The position numbers and the translations under genes were made by a program. Under the pieces are notes generated by a model. It did not search any database, had not been told where the DNA came from, and saw only the letters and a list, made by a program, of their open reading frames with translations. Positions 1 through 13,500 of a stretch of DNA of 64,000 nucleotides are shown here, piece after piece. How positions within the stretch are numbered: position 1 is the first letter of the stretch; each line of letters starts with the position of its first letter. The stretch spans positions 25,091,752 through 25,155,751 of the forward strand of contig NC_068990.1 of assembly GCF_001194135.2 (NCBI RefSeq). Reading direction: 5' to 3'. The DNA comes from Octopus bimaculoides. Taxonomy: Eukaryota.

Positions 1-75
1 GATCAACTGGCGACTCTCTTCAGTTACTTTCTGTAGATTTTCATGCAGAGGCTCAAGATTGCTCTTGACAAAATG
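1..75 (-). CDS. MACF1/DST (shot): Rod exon, partial (HFVKSNLEPLHENLQKVTEESRQLI...), continues beyond the window
   Basis: ttcatacag acceptor at 76-77, phase 0; resembles MACF1 FQKEEIEPLQ. Confidence 0.8.
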
Positions 76-1514
76 CTGTATGAAACAAAACGATTTGAAA
101 TTGTCATTAGTTAATAACTTTGTGAGACACATTTCTAATAAGATACACTGCTTATGGATTTCAGTTATTGTTTCTAAAAAAATAATCAATCATTTGAAGG
201 AACTTAGTAAAATAACTGTAGCAAGGCATAGCTTCAAAGATGTTAGCTCAGTAATGAGAAAAAGGCTGCAGCATATCAGGTGATTTGCTCTGAATTCTGA
301 CCAGTTTCAGCTGCAACTGTTTGATCATATGATTTGAATGGAAATTTTCATAAGTTTTCTGCCAAAAGATAGTCAAAAATATAGAAGCATGGGACTATCA
401 GCGCAGAGGTTGAGAGAGGTCCCAGAGAAGACAGATGAACAGGATTCTTGGTCGAATGCTTGAGCTGGGGTTAAACAGAATCGCTTTTCCCACAATGTGC
501 TTCTCTAAGTAGTGACATAAGACATTCTTAATTCTCACTTGTCACCAACATGAAGATGTAGCAATCTACTTCTAAGCCAACATATATATAAAACTTGTGA
601 TCAACAATACAGTCTCTGGTAAATATTTATTGTCCGCATTGTGATGTTTGTGTATAAACACTTCCCTCAAAAACTTCAATAGACTTGGTTTAATATGGAT
701 AACAACAACAACAGCCCAAACCAGCCTAACCAAGATAACAATAACCCCTCTAACCAAGGGCTAAATAACTAACAAATATTTTCATCAGTAAGTTGGGAGT
801 TTGGAATATAAGAAAAAGAGTTTGAAATAAAATTATAGTAAAAGGTTTTAACTTTTAATTAAAATACAAACACTTTAAAAGAGGCAATTTTGTATCAAAG
901 AACCAGGAATTAACTCAGGCAGATTTGTTTGAAAATTGTTGAACAACCCTTGGCGTGATGGTGGTCACTGAAATCATAAAGGCAGCAGATGGCAGAATTG
1001 GATGACTGGTAAACAAAATACCTTGTGTTATTTAGATGTTAGGTATAAATCCCAGAGACCAGCTTTGCTTTGCATCCTTCCAGGGTCAATAAAATACTGG
1101 TCACACAAGAGCACGTGGCCTTGAGTCTATATTAGAAATCATGATTTGTATTATTACTAAAGGCAGAATTGGTAGAGCAACAAAGTAAATGCCTTGTGAT
1201 ATTTACTTCATTTACATTCCTTTAATACTGGCAAGATCAACTTTCAGTTTCTGTCTACCAAATCCACTCACAAGGCTTTCATCAGCCTTGAGCTATTAGA
1301 GAACACTTGCCAAAGGTGCCACACAGTGAGAGTGAACCCAAAGCCACATGGCTGGGAAGCGAACTTCTTCACCTTACACTCAAGCTTCCAACATCTACAA
1401 AATTTCTTGCCATGTCATTATGTTAGAAATTAAGTCCCACTTAAGCACTGGGGTCGATATAATCGACTGGCCCACGCCTCCAACTTTTTAGGTCTTGTGC
1501 CTATAGTAGAAAGG

Positions 1515-1553
<39 letters not shown>

Positions 1554-4500
1554 TTTGAATTGTATCAAGAGCTAGTCTAATGAACTAGATGGTTTAGAGT
1601 ATCAAGTTCCATTCCTTGTATTACTATATAAAAGGCCTCAAAAAATATTTTCCAAGTCACTAACCTTCATTTGCTCCTGTTGCTTTTTGATCACAGGAAC
1701 ACTGCTGCCAACTGGTTCTTCAGACTGAAGGAGGACCAATGTTCTGTCGATGTCACTGTGTAACTTCTGTAGCTTGGCATCATTGTCGTTCATTTTGTTT
1801 AATGTGTCAACAGCTTCCGTCTCAAATGCTTTAGATTTCTCAGCCAGGTTGTCATAGAACTTCAACAGAGCAGTAATCTGACAAAGGAACAAAGGTTTTC
1901 TTTTATGTTATTTTATCACAAAGAATTTTCCCTCTCATTAACACCATTTTCTTTATATAGCTCTATATACTGAGTGGTAATATGGACTTTTGACAGGTAG
2001 AATGTAAACATCTGCTACAATATAAACACTTAAACCAAACAGAGAGTACAGGTGAATATACAAAACATAGAAGCAATGAAAGCAGTTAATTAGAGAGCAA
2101 ACTTTGTATAAAATCAATGCAAACTGGATTCATTTATCAAAAGAAGGCTGCTAAGTTAAAGACAACCACTTAATGAATATTGAGGGACCCTTAATTCAAA
2201 ACATAATTTAACATATCAAAGCTGGTGTGGGTTGGACAATCTAAAAGGAACCAATGAGCCAAACGACAGTGTTGAGTTTCAATGTCTGCTTTGGCATCAT
2301 TTCTTTGGCTGGATATCCTTTCTAACGTCAACCATTTTACAGAGTGTACTGGGTGCTTTTTCATGCCACCAGTACTAGTGAGGTCACCAAGAAACCCACA
2401 AGACAGAATCCCTCAATTGAGTGAGGGTGTATTATTGAAAGATGTGGTTTGACACCAGGTGTTGAGAAACTAAAGTATATTAGGACAGGAACAGGAGTCT
2501 TGCTGTAGAACAAGATACATGATGGCTTTAACAGGAAAGAAAAAAAACATCTTTTTGATAGTTAGGAAGGAGCATTTTCAGCATTTCTTTCTCCCTCTCT
2601 CTCTCAGATTGGGTTTGATTTGGGGGTTGAAAGGAGACAAACTTCCCAAAGATACTAATGAAATCATCATCGTAATAAATAAATAAAAGTCCTTGTTTGA
2701 TTAGATAAGCTTCAATAGATAAATATATGAAGAAGTATTTCAATGGAGAGATTAAAAGAGACTAACCTGGTTTGTAAATGTTGTACTGTCTGAAAGAAGT
2801 CCAGTTTTTACCAGGTCATCACACTCGTTTTTCAGCTGGTTTATTCTATCTTTTTTACCAGCCAAATCAACAGAGAAGAGCTGAGTAAAGATAAAGATAC
2901 ATAAATATATAAGATAAAGCAGAATGCAAGGAAATTGGCGGTGGTCTGTGTTGGAAAAATTTGACAGAATGAGTCGTGAAATTGTCACAGGAAGTGGAGT
3001 GTCCAATGTTTCAGGCAGAGTTCTTCTTCAGGGTAAAAATAATGGGAGGAAGATAAAAGAATGACAACAGAGTTTTGTGCAGGCATGACTAGGTGGTTAA
3101 CAAGTTTGTTACCCAACCACATGGTTCCAAGTTCAGTCTGACTGCATGACACCCTGGGCAAGTGTCTTCTACTAAAATTCCAGGTTGATCTAAGCCTTGT
3201 GAATGAATTTGGTGGACAGAAAAAAGTCTGTTGTATATGTATTTATGTATGCATGCATACATGTGTGTGTGTGTGGTATGAAGATTCTAGGAAGTGAGGT
3301 TAATATTTGTATCTAATACTTGAATAAATGAAGCTATGAAAATGAAACTGTTCTGCAGTCAACTTTCAAGTTGTAAATGATTGATGCCACTGTTTTAATA
3401 GTTAAGGGCAGATGTAAGGTTAGGGTTTCTAATTAATCAAATGAAAGGATTGGGACTGTAGCTTTAAAAAAAAAAATTTAAACAAAAAGGTAAAAAGAAC
3501 TACCTTCATGTTTTGACATTGCTCTTTCAGTTCTGCCATATCTCTGGCTACTGGTAAGTATGAAGTCAGTCTGGAATCCATTGATAACAACTCATTATCC
3601 AAATCCTTCATTTGATTCTGTAAAAATAAGGAAATAGTTAATTCACAAAACAAAACAAAAAACATTTAAGTTAATGGTTTCTATGCCCTTCCTAATACTC
3701 AACAAAATCAGTGCCTTTCTCATGAAACCAACACAAGTCAATATTAATCACCTGAGCCAAATTTTGTTTTGTTTGTTTTTTTCTTCTGTTTAATAATAAC
3801 TTTTACATGTTAAAATAATTGGGATCATTTTATAAATTTTAATATTAATATGTGGCTGGAGAAAACAATTTTAGACAGTGTTGCTCTTACTGCTGACCAG
3901 TCAATTGTATTGAAGTGGAATCTGCTTGACAGTCAAGCAGACTGAGGCAAACAGTTTCACACCAACAATGGTATTTGATGATTGAATTTAACTATGATTA
4001 TAAAAGGGTTAAAGGAGAACTATCCAGATAATTTTTCTTTCTCAGAGAAAGTCACACAATCAATTCAGACCTACCTTGATCAAGTCAATGGTTTGTGATC
4101 CAGATTGCATGTCTTTTAGCAAACCATCAACGTTATCCCGAAGTGATGAATGTTTGTCTTCAGCTTTGGACACTTTGGCTGAAATGTTTTCAAGATTAGT
4201 GACTTTGGTGTCACCAGAAGATAATCCATTCAGAATGCCCTTTGTGTAGTCAATTTGGTTCTGTACAGGATACAGCTCTTGGTTTAGAGCCTGAAAAATA
4301 GCAATAAATTATAATATTGATGTATATATACAAAATTATCTGTTCTAACAGCAGCAACAACAAGTACTTATTATTTCACATAAGGTGCTAGAGTGAATGT
4401 GAATAAGCTTGTACAAGGCAAGTAACCATTTAGCCCCAAGCAGCAAGACCCACTGAGGAGGACTAAGAGAATTATCTCAGAGTTCAGAATCATGTGATAT

Positions 4501-7500
4501 ATCATTTGCAATTGTCCCTTGCTTTAGTATGTTGGCTATTTTTCTCACTATCTTGATTTCATCAGCTTGTTAACTTCAGTGCTTGTGGCTAATTGAGTTG
4601 CTTTTGACTCCTATTTCTAGCAAAACTGCTATCTAGTACCCTTGTTTATATATATTTATATATATATAAGTTCTTTTTTTTAATCTAAAATATACTCTCC
4701 TTCATTTTCTACAATGCTTTATTTCACGTTCTATACTTTATTTCACATTACTCCCGTTCACTCAGTTGTAGAAATGATTTGTGACATCACAGGTGCCAAG
4801 CTGTATTGCCCTTTGCCTTTCTCTTGGATAACACTGGTGGCATGGAGAGGGGAGGCNNNNNNNNNNTGGATAACACTGGTGGCATGGAGAGGGGAGGCCG
4901 GTATGCATGGGTGACTGCTGGTCTTCCATAAACAACCTTGCCTGGACTTGTGCCTGGGAGGGTAACTTTCTAGGTGCAATCCCATGGTCAGTCATGACCG
5001 AAGGGGGTCTCAGCTCAGCTCATATATATATGAACAACGAATGCATGAACATGATCTACTCAATGTCCATGGATACCATGGGCTGTAGTCATCCCACAAA
5101 TACAGACTATGATCTTAAGAAACATGTGATTTGTGGAAACACATGTAACGATGCATTAAAATGCTTATAAATTCCATCCATGGAGTATTACTATTGTTAT
5201 TATTACTATATTTATCCTACTTTATATCAGCATAGCTCAGTGCAACCCCCAAACAACTGGTTGTCGCCAGTTGGCTTCATTAGGCATTAATAAGATAGCA
5301 GCTTTTATGTGCATATTCAAAACATTTCCCATAAATGAACTGAAAGGATATATGTATAAACCTATACATGGGAGTGCATACATTTGGTTCTGGACATGTG
5401 TTTGTGTACCTTTATATGTACCAAGCAGGAACACCAAGCATATACACCCAAAATTGAATAACCTAGTTGGGATCAGAAAACAAAACTGATAAAAATGATT
5501 GAAAGAACTCTTACTTGGATCTTTTCAATATGTTGTGGGTCTTTACTGGCGTTATTAGCAGAATAGTGATCTTCCAGTTTGGTGTTGATTGTTCCCAGAG
5601 TATTTTCAACATCATCAATGACCTCATTGAATTCTGTCAGGCGCTGTGATACATCTTCAAGATTTTGAACTTTCTTGTCCATGGCTGTTTAGTTAAAAAA
5701 AAAAAAAAAACAGCTTGAATTTTAAGGATATCAGGTTTGAAAAATAGCTTCAATATAAACACAAATGGAAATAGTTAAGATGGCAGTTGATTTTCTTGTT
5801 CTAGCAATTGATGAAAATATCTAAATTTGCATATTCTTACTTCCATGATGTAAAAATCCACTAATGTTAATTAAGGCAATTAAAATAATGAATACTGGAG
5901 AATTAACAATAACTTAAAATTCACAAAGTTTGGAGAATTCTAGAACCCTACCAGGTTTCTTTCATACAAGAACACCTAAATATTAAATGTTTACAACAGG
6001 TGGAAGAAGCTTCAGGAACTTTTGATATGTTTTCTTTTACTAAAGTGTTAGGTTCTTGATATTCTGGTTTATATGAAGAGACAACTGTGATGGTAAAGAT
6101 ACATGATGCTAATTAATTCATTCATTATTATCATTTACTGTTTGTTTTCCATGTTGGTATGGGTTAAACGGTTTGATGAGTCAGAAGATTGTACCAAGCT
6201 CTGTTTTGGCATCGTTTCTGTAGTAGGATACCCTTCCTAATCCCAACTAATTTACTGGGTGCTTTTTACGTGGGACCAGCAGTAGTGAGATCACCGACTT
6301 GCAAGACACGATCCCTCAAGTGAATGGAGAGTAGTTTTGAGGCATACATATACATATTCCCTATACACTGCTGCTGATAGGGATTAACTGTGATTGAGGT
6401 TGAACATGGAAGAGTTGGATGAGGTTAAATTGGATCAAAAAAATATTGGGGCCCACAAATGTGATAATACAAGGTGAAGACACCCAACTGTCTCAACAAA
6501 TTTTGTCTGACTTATGCAAGCATGGAATATGGATGTTAAAGGATGACGACAATGATGATAGATAAGATCTGAATAAAGAACTTACTGGATGACAAGGCAG
6601 TAGACCTTTGTTTAATCTCATCCACATCTTTTTGAATTTCATCTTGGTCAGTTTCCACACATTGTATGAAAATTTGAGCTTCACGGTTAAGAACATCGAG
6701 GTCATATGACAATTTCAGAACATCATTTTGTAAAGCCTGCAGTGAAATAAAATTAATCACAATAAATATTTAAACATTTAAAGATGAAAAGATAAAGATC
6801 AATACTTCTTTCTATGAGTTCCAAAACCCTACCTCACCCCTATTCAGGAGAGCATGTGGTATGATAGACATCACCTTGTCAACAGCTGCTTGATAAATAT
6901 TTTACCCATAATTGAAAAGACATGTGCACACGCACGCACACACACAGAGGCATAAGTGGAGAGAGAGAGCGAGAGAGAGAGAAAGAGAGAGGCGTATGTA
7001 AGTGACATACACTGGTATATGTAAGTGTATACGTATACACAGAAGCATATATAAGTGTGTACACACACAGGTATATGTAAGTGAATACACACACATGGAC
7101 AAAAGTACTAATACACACACACACACACACTGGTACATGTAAGTGACCATACGTACATACACAGAGGTATATATAAGTGCATACACACATACATACACTG
7201 GTGTATGTAAATACACACGCACACAAACATGCCTGCACAAACAGACACACATACACGCGTGGACGCACACACATGCAGATTGACATATGCACACAACTTA
7301 CCCTGGTTTCCTTTAGTTTCTTAATGACATCTTCAGCCTCAGCCTTGGGACAGGTCATGTTCTCTAACTTTTCCTCATTGTATTTTGTGGTCAACAAAGA
7401 ACTACTGAGGTGTTCTTGGAACCGTTTGCCGTGTTTCATGCTATCCTGAATACTCTGGTGCCGACCTTCGGCCTTCTCTTTGATCTTAGACATTCCAGTA

Positions 7501-10500
7501 TTCAGTTCTTCCACTTGGTGACACAGCTTCTCTGGATTATTTCCGCTGCTTTGCAGTTCTTTGACCAGTTTGTTCCCTGAGTCGACTAAATCTCGCACAA
7601 TTTGCTCATGCTGAGCTATTTCCTGTTGAAGGATCTGCAGGGGAAAAAAAAACCCTCATCATCAACATCTACATCTTAATGCCCTTTTAGCCCCAGGCAT
7701 GCTTATTTAACCCTAGGCATTTTTATTTACTCCCAGCCTCAAATTATTCTTTCTGCTGCACCATAAACATTAAATATTTTCTTCATATTTTCTTTTTTTA
7801 AATTGTTGGTGATATGATGGGAGTTTTGTAATAACAAGATTCTAATAATGTCATTTCAGAGAATGTTTTAATAAAGTGAAAGCTTGCACCTCCCCATGTA
7901 GCAGTCAGTAAACAACAAAGCTTGCTGTGAGGCCTGTAATTGGTTAGTCTGACATCTACTGGTTGGCATGTTAAACTACCATATGCTGGCAACAGGCTAG
8001 TTTGCTAAACCATCATTACTTGTCTACACAACTATTATTGTAAAACATCTGTTTTTCTCAACACAACTGAATGACAAAGAAAACTGGTGAAGCATTGTGA
8101 ATGGAAAGTAGTGTACTGTCAACAGCCCTTTTGTCGATAATTTATCCAACCAGCTTTTGCAAATAGCAATATGACCATGATTATAGAGGTCTCTAGGCCA
8201 GAGGTTGGAAAAGACATCAACATTGACCCCTGGGTGTCTATGTGGCTATTCAAGGGGATCAATCAAAACCTGAAATGATTCTAAATGTTAAGGGTGCTGA
8301 ATTTTTTAGCCAAGTGAATCTGGAAGAGTGTGGTAATTTAAGGTTAAAACTCACTAATTTCCAACAAAATATCAATGCAATATTAATTAGTATTCACTAA
8401 ATACATTTTTACATCTACTGCATGATACAAAACATTTCTTATTTAAAACTATTTTCTTCTTCGGCCATCTTAACTTGCTCTAACTTTTCACTAGATAATC
8501 CATTGCATGATTATATAGCTCTCTAGATAAGAAAGGACATGAACACTCACTTGGTCCTGATGATGTTGTTGTTTTAGGATGTCCATTTTACCAGACAATG
8601 GTTCTACAAGGTCTAACTTGGCCACAAAATCGTTTTCCCAATTTAATTCTTCTTGGCAGTCAACTGTGAATTTTTTACTTGTTTTATTAGCAAGATCCAG
8701 ACTGTTTCTTCGAGATACTGAAACAAAAATAAACAAAAAAAATCATGAAAAAAACAACAAAAAAACAACAACAAAAAAAACAAATATAACATTATAAACT
8801 GTGAGTAAAATTAATGAACCAGCAGTAAGTTAAGAACAGTTTCATATTTGTTGAATTAAAATGGCAACTTTCAAGTTATTTTTCTACTAGACAGTTACCC
8901 ATCATATGACAGTAAAGTTTGGAAATATACTTTCACTACCATGGGTAATATCAGGAGATTTGGCATACAATAATTATAATTCAGCTTTCATCAAATTTCT
9001 TGGTGCTTATATATAATGGATAAAATGAATAAAAATTTATAAAAGAAAAATATCTATTACCTTAAGATAAAATTAAATGAAACAAATTTTGCTCTTGTAT
9101 ATTTGCAATAAATATGTCATTTTTATAAATTTTAAATACATCTACTCTACTGGAAACTTATCTCTACAAATTTCATTAAAAAATGTGTATTTTTCAGAAA
9201 TTTACAAGACATTCATTATGTACCTCTTATGTTAACTCACCCTCTTTGACTATCTGTCCGTTACTCTATACCATGTCAAGCATGACTGGAGAAATCAACC
9301 AACCAACATAGAGATTTTAGTCTTTAACTATTGCTTAGACTGGTGTAAATAAATCAAGTAGTTTACCTACCAATAAACTTGATGTAATTCAAGAGGTAGG
9401 GTTTCAGGAAATGAAACCCTACCTTTGAAGACCAATAACCCATAACCAGTTTTTGAATTCCTATATTAGGTTGATGGCAACACATTTAATGCATGGAATA
9501 TCAACCCATAAGCATTCAGATTCTTCTGTCAAATGTAATGCTTATTTATTTGCATTACATTATTTTGAATTAATCCTGCATCATCTTGTAGCTGATGTAT
9601 TGATGATGATGATGATGTGATTGTATGTTATCAGAATGATATTGTGTGATCAGGCTGGATCTGGATAGTTTGAACTTTAAACAGGTAAAATATTTGATCC
9701 AGATATGGCTAGATTAAATGCTAAAGGCACAGTAAACAGGTGGTAATGTGCATTCTATGAAAGCTGTTTGCTACAAAAAGTGTTGCTGTCAGTTCTCCTG
9801 TCAATTTGTCCGCTTGCTTTGTGCCTTCAAAGACATGCGATACAGGAAATTTCTTACTTAAAAAATTAGTAAAGTTAGTGACAGGAAAGGCATCTGGCTG
9901 TAAAACAATGCCTCAAAAATCTATTCAAGTCCAGTGTTTTGCAGCCATTTTTTACTCCTTTAGTCCCCATTTTACTCTGCTGGATACTCATAACCACTTG
10001 ATGCTAAAAAAATCCTATTATATTTTTATAATTAAGTATTATTAGAAACTTTATTTAAAAATTGTTAAAATATTTTGTGACTTGTAGAAGTTTAAACAAT
10101 TTATTGCACGTAAGTTTTAACAACAAAATCTTAGATGGACCCTAATTGAGAACCAATAGTCTAATCCATGCTATCACAGAAAAAAAAATGAATGAACTTA
10201 CATAATTTCTTTTCAGCTTCTTGAAATAATTTTTCCACACCAGAGAGTTTAGTCTTGAGATCTGTTCTTATAGACATGTCTTTGGTGGCGTCTCCTAGTT
10301 TACGGCTGATCTCCTTCAGTTTCTCCATATCACCTTTCCTTTGCTTCAGTTGGTCTTCATGCATCTAAAAACACCATCAATAAGCATATTTCAGAAATAA
10401 CTTCTCCAACTCTTAGATTTACCAAATTAATTCCATGAGAAACAATATTATTTTATGTAGAGAACCACCATCCCATTTTCATTAAAATATAGATATATTT

Positions 10501-13500
10501 AGCAAATTAATTGATTCATCAGTCATCTAACATCCATTTTCCAAACTGGTATGGGTTGGATGGTTTGACAAGAGCTGGCGACCCAGAGGACAGCACCAAG
10601 CTCCAATGACTGCTTTGGTTGGGTGCCCTTCCTAACACTAACCACTTTACATAGTGTGGTGGGTGCATTTTATGTGGTACAGACACTGGTGAGGTCATCA
10701 AGACCCCTCAACTGAAGGGAGTGTAGGTAATGAGAAAGGTGGCTTTATGTAAGTAAAAGTAAATATTGTCCTGAATCCTAAGACTCATGAGGTTAGTTAC
10801 TCAGTTTTCATGGTAAATAAGTAATTGAAATCACAACACTCCCCCTGGATGGGATGCCAGTCCATTGTATAGTTACTCCACTACAGCTGAGTAGACTGAA
10901 GTAAACGTGAAATGAAATGTTTTATGCAAGAACACAATATACTGTCTGAGCTGGGAATTGAAACTATGATCTTGCGATTGTGAGTACAACATCCAAACCA
11001 CTAGGCCATATGCCTCCCCGGTGGATTTATACCAGAAATATTAATTTGTCTGTAGAACCATTGAGTTTATTTCTTTAAATTAGATATTTTTTTTAATGGT
11101 TTGGTCTGAATGGAAAAAGGTAGTACCAAGGTTTTTGCAGGTAACATGAGATCAAAATTATTACAGATAACCTGTAGAATATTGCTAAGCTAAATTAATC
11201 TGTTGATTATTAATGTAATATTGAATAGCAAACACTTGTCTTGTTTATATTTTAATGAGGCACAGGTATGGATATGAAGAATATATATCTATGCATGCGC
11301 ACACGCATACACATATGCACAACTATACACACACACACACACACACACATGCACAACTATACACACACACACACACACATGCACAACTATACACNNNNNN
11401 NNNNNNNNNNNNNNNNNNNNNNNNNNNNNNNNNNNNNNNNNNNNNNNNNNNNNNNNNNNNNNNNNNNNNNNNNNNNNNNNNNNNNNNNNNNNNNNNNNNN
11501 NNNNNNNNNNNNNNNNNNNNNNNNNNNNNNNNNNNNNNNNNNNNNNNNNNNNNNNNNNNNNNNNNNNNNNNNNNNNNNNNNNNNNNNNNNNNNNNNNNNN
11601 NNNNNNNNNNNNNNNNNNNNNNNNNNNNNNNNNNNNNNNNNNNNNNNNNNNNNNNNNNNNNNNNNNNNNNNNNNNNNNNNNNNNNNNNNNNNNNNNNNNN
11701 NNNNNNNNNNNNNNNNNNNNNNNNNNNNNNNNNNNNNNNNNNNNNNNNNNNNNNNNNNNNNNNNNNNNNNNNNNNNNNNNNNNNNNNNNNNNNNNNNNNN
11801 NNNNNNNNNNNNNNNNNNNNNNNNNNNNNNNNNNNNNNNNNNNNNNNNNNNNNNNNNNNNNNNNNNNNNNNNNNNNNNNNNNNNNNNNNNNNNNNNNNNN
11901 NNNNNNNNNNNNNNNNNNNNNNNNNNNNNNNNNNNNNNNNNNNNNNNNNNNNNNNNNNNNNNNNNNNNNNNNNNNNNNNNNNNNNNNNAGAGAGAGAGAG
12001 AGAGATGAAAATGTGAGTGAGTTGCCTCATATTTGTTATCTTCTTTCATATACCCCTTAACCCTTTGAGCATTCTGATTACTCCATCAAATGTAATATTT
12101 ATTTATTGTCTTGAATTAATCATATTATATCTCATAGCTTTGAAATTTCAATGATGTGACTGTTTATTTTTAGTATGACATTGTAGGATAGGTGAGAGAG
12201 GCCAGATCTGGCCAGTTTGAAGATAAAGTGGGTAGAATATGTGTGTTTGATATAGCCAGTTTAAATACTAAAGGATTAAATAAAGCCAACTTAATTATAT
12301 ACCTTTGTTTCATTTGTCAATCGGTGTTGGTTGTCTGAACAAGCAACAACTGGAGTCAAGGCATTGAGAACATCATTAAACTCAGTTAACCAAAGTGTAA
12401 GTGAGCCCAATGTATCCTGGAAGTTTGAACTCAAATCAGTCATTGATGTCAAACTGTTCTGTCGGTCTTTCAGACGTGTCTGCAACCGTTCCCATGCTTT
12501 GCTAATTATATCCATTCTCTGGCTCACGTCAAGGGCATCTTTTGATGCCGGTTCACATCGGTCAAGTATTGAGTGACCAGCCTGAATGAAATGTTCATAA
12601 ACTGGTTCTTGTCCATGCAGTTCTTCTTGGAGGACCTAAACAATGAAATTGAAATTAAATACAAAAACATTAGTTTGATATTAAAGACATTTAGACAGAA
12701 GCATTTCATTCTTATTTCTCCCAGCATTTGTACAGTGATTGGTGGTTTTAAAGTTTAACATGTTTACATAAATCATAGGTAGCAATATATTACAGTTAAA
12801 AAGAAAGAACACCGTATTTTGCAGCTTGGAAGCTGAACACTTTTTTGTTGAATAAAATATCTTGAAACTAACCAAGTGTCTACCATGATGCTTTTCTAAG
12901 AGCAGTATCTGGTGGCATTTTGCTGTATACCCTGGGTGGTTGGTTCCAGCTAGGAACCAGTAGGTGATCAGCAGTAGCAGGTATGCTTTGATCATCATGG
13001 TGTGTCACTTGAATAATCAAAGGACAGTTAAAGCAAAGAGAATGGTGTTGCATATTATAATAATATCCAGCAACAAACCACCAGGTAGGCAGCCATTGGC
13101 TGGTGATTTTGCTCAGTTACAGTGGATCTGAGTATTCTGCTGCTTTAACCACCAGTTTTAACTAACTCGGCACCAAAATAACATTAGATGGAGACTGCAT
13201 TCATGAAATAAATACAAGAATCAGCAAAGCTAACCAATCATTTGGTATGTTAAACTCAATATGGAAATCATCAATACTCAACAAGAGCACCAAAATACAA
13301 TTTTACCAAAACAACATACTTAACATCCTCTTCTATGGATCCGAATGTTGGGAAACAACCAAAAGTTTTGAAAATAAATTGGTGTTTCAAAATAAATGTC
13401 TACGAAAAATTTTGGAGGTCTACTTGCTGAATATGACCTTGAATAGCCAACTGTCACCAAGGCTAACGTGAAACCAATAAAAGAAACTATTGAAGCAAGG

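Noticed and set aside
4825-4898. Apparent 32-nt tandem duplication around a 10-N gap in a GC-richer repeat
   Set aside because: Exact copy on both sides of a 10-N spacer indicates an unmerged contig overlap.
6879-7301. Cys/Val-rich extension of the 239-aa ORF
   Set aside because: Intronic microsatellite past the AGG|gtaagt donor at 7302.
11255-12049. 220-253 aa ORFs
   Set aside because: Made of N-gap plus dinucleotide repeats.
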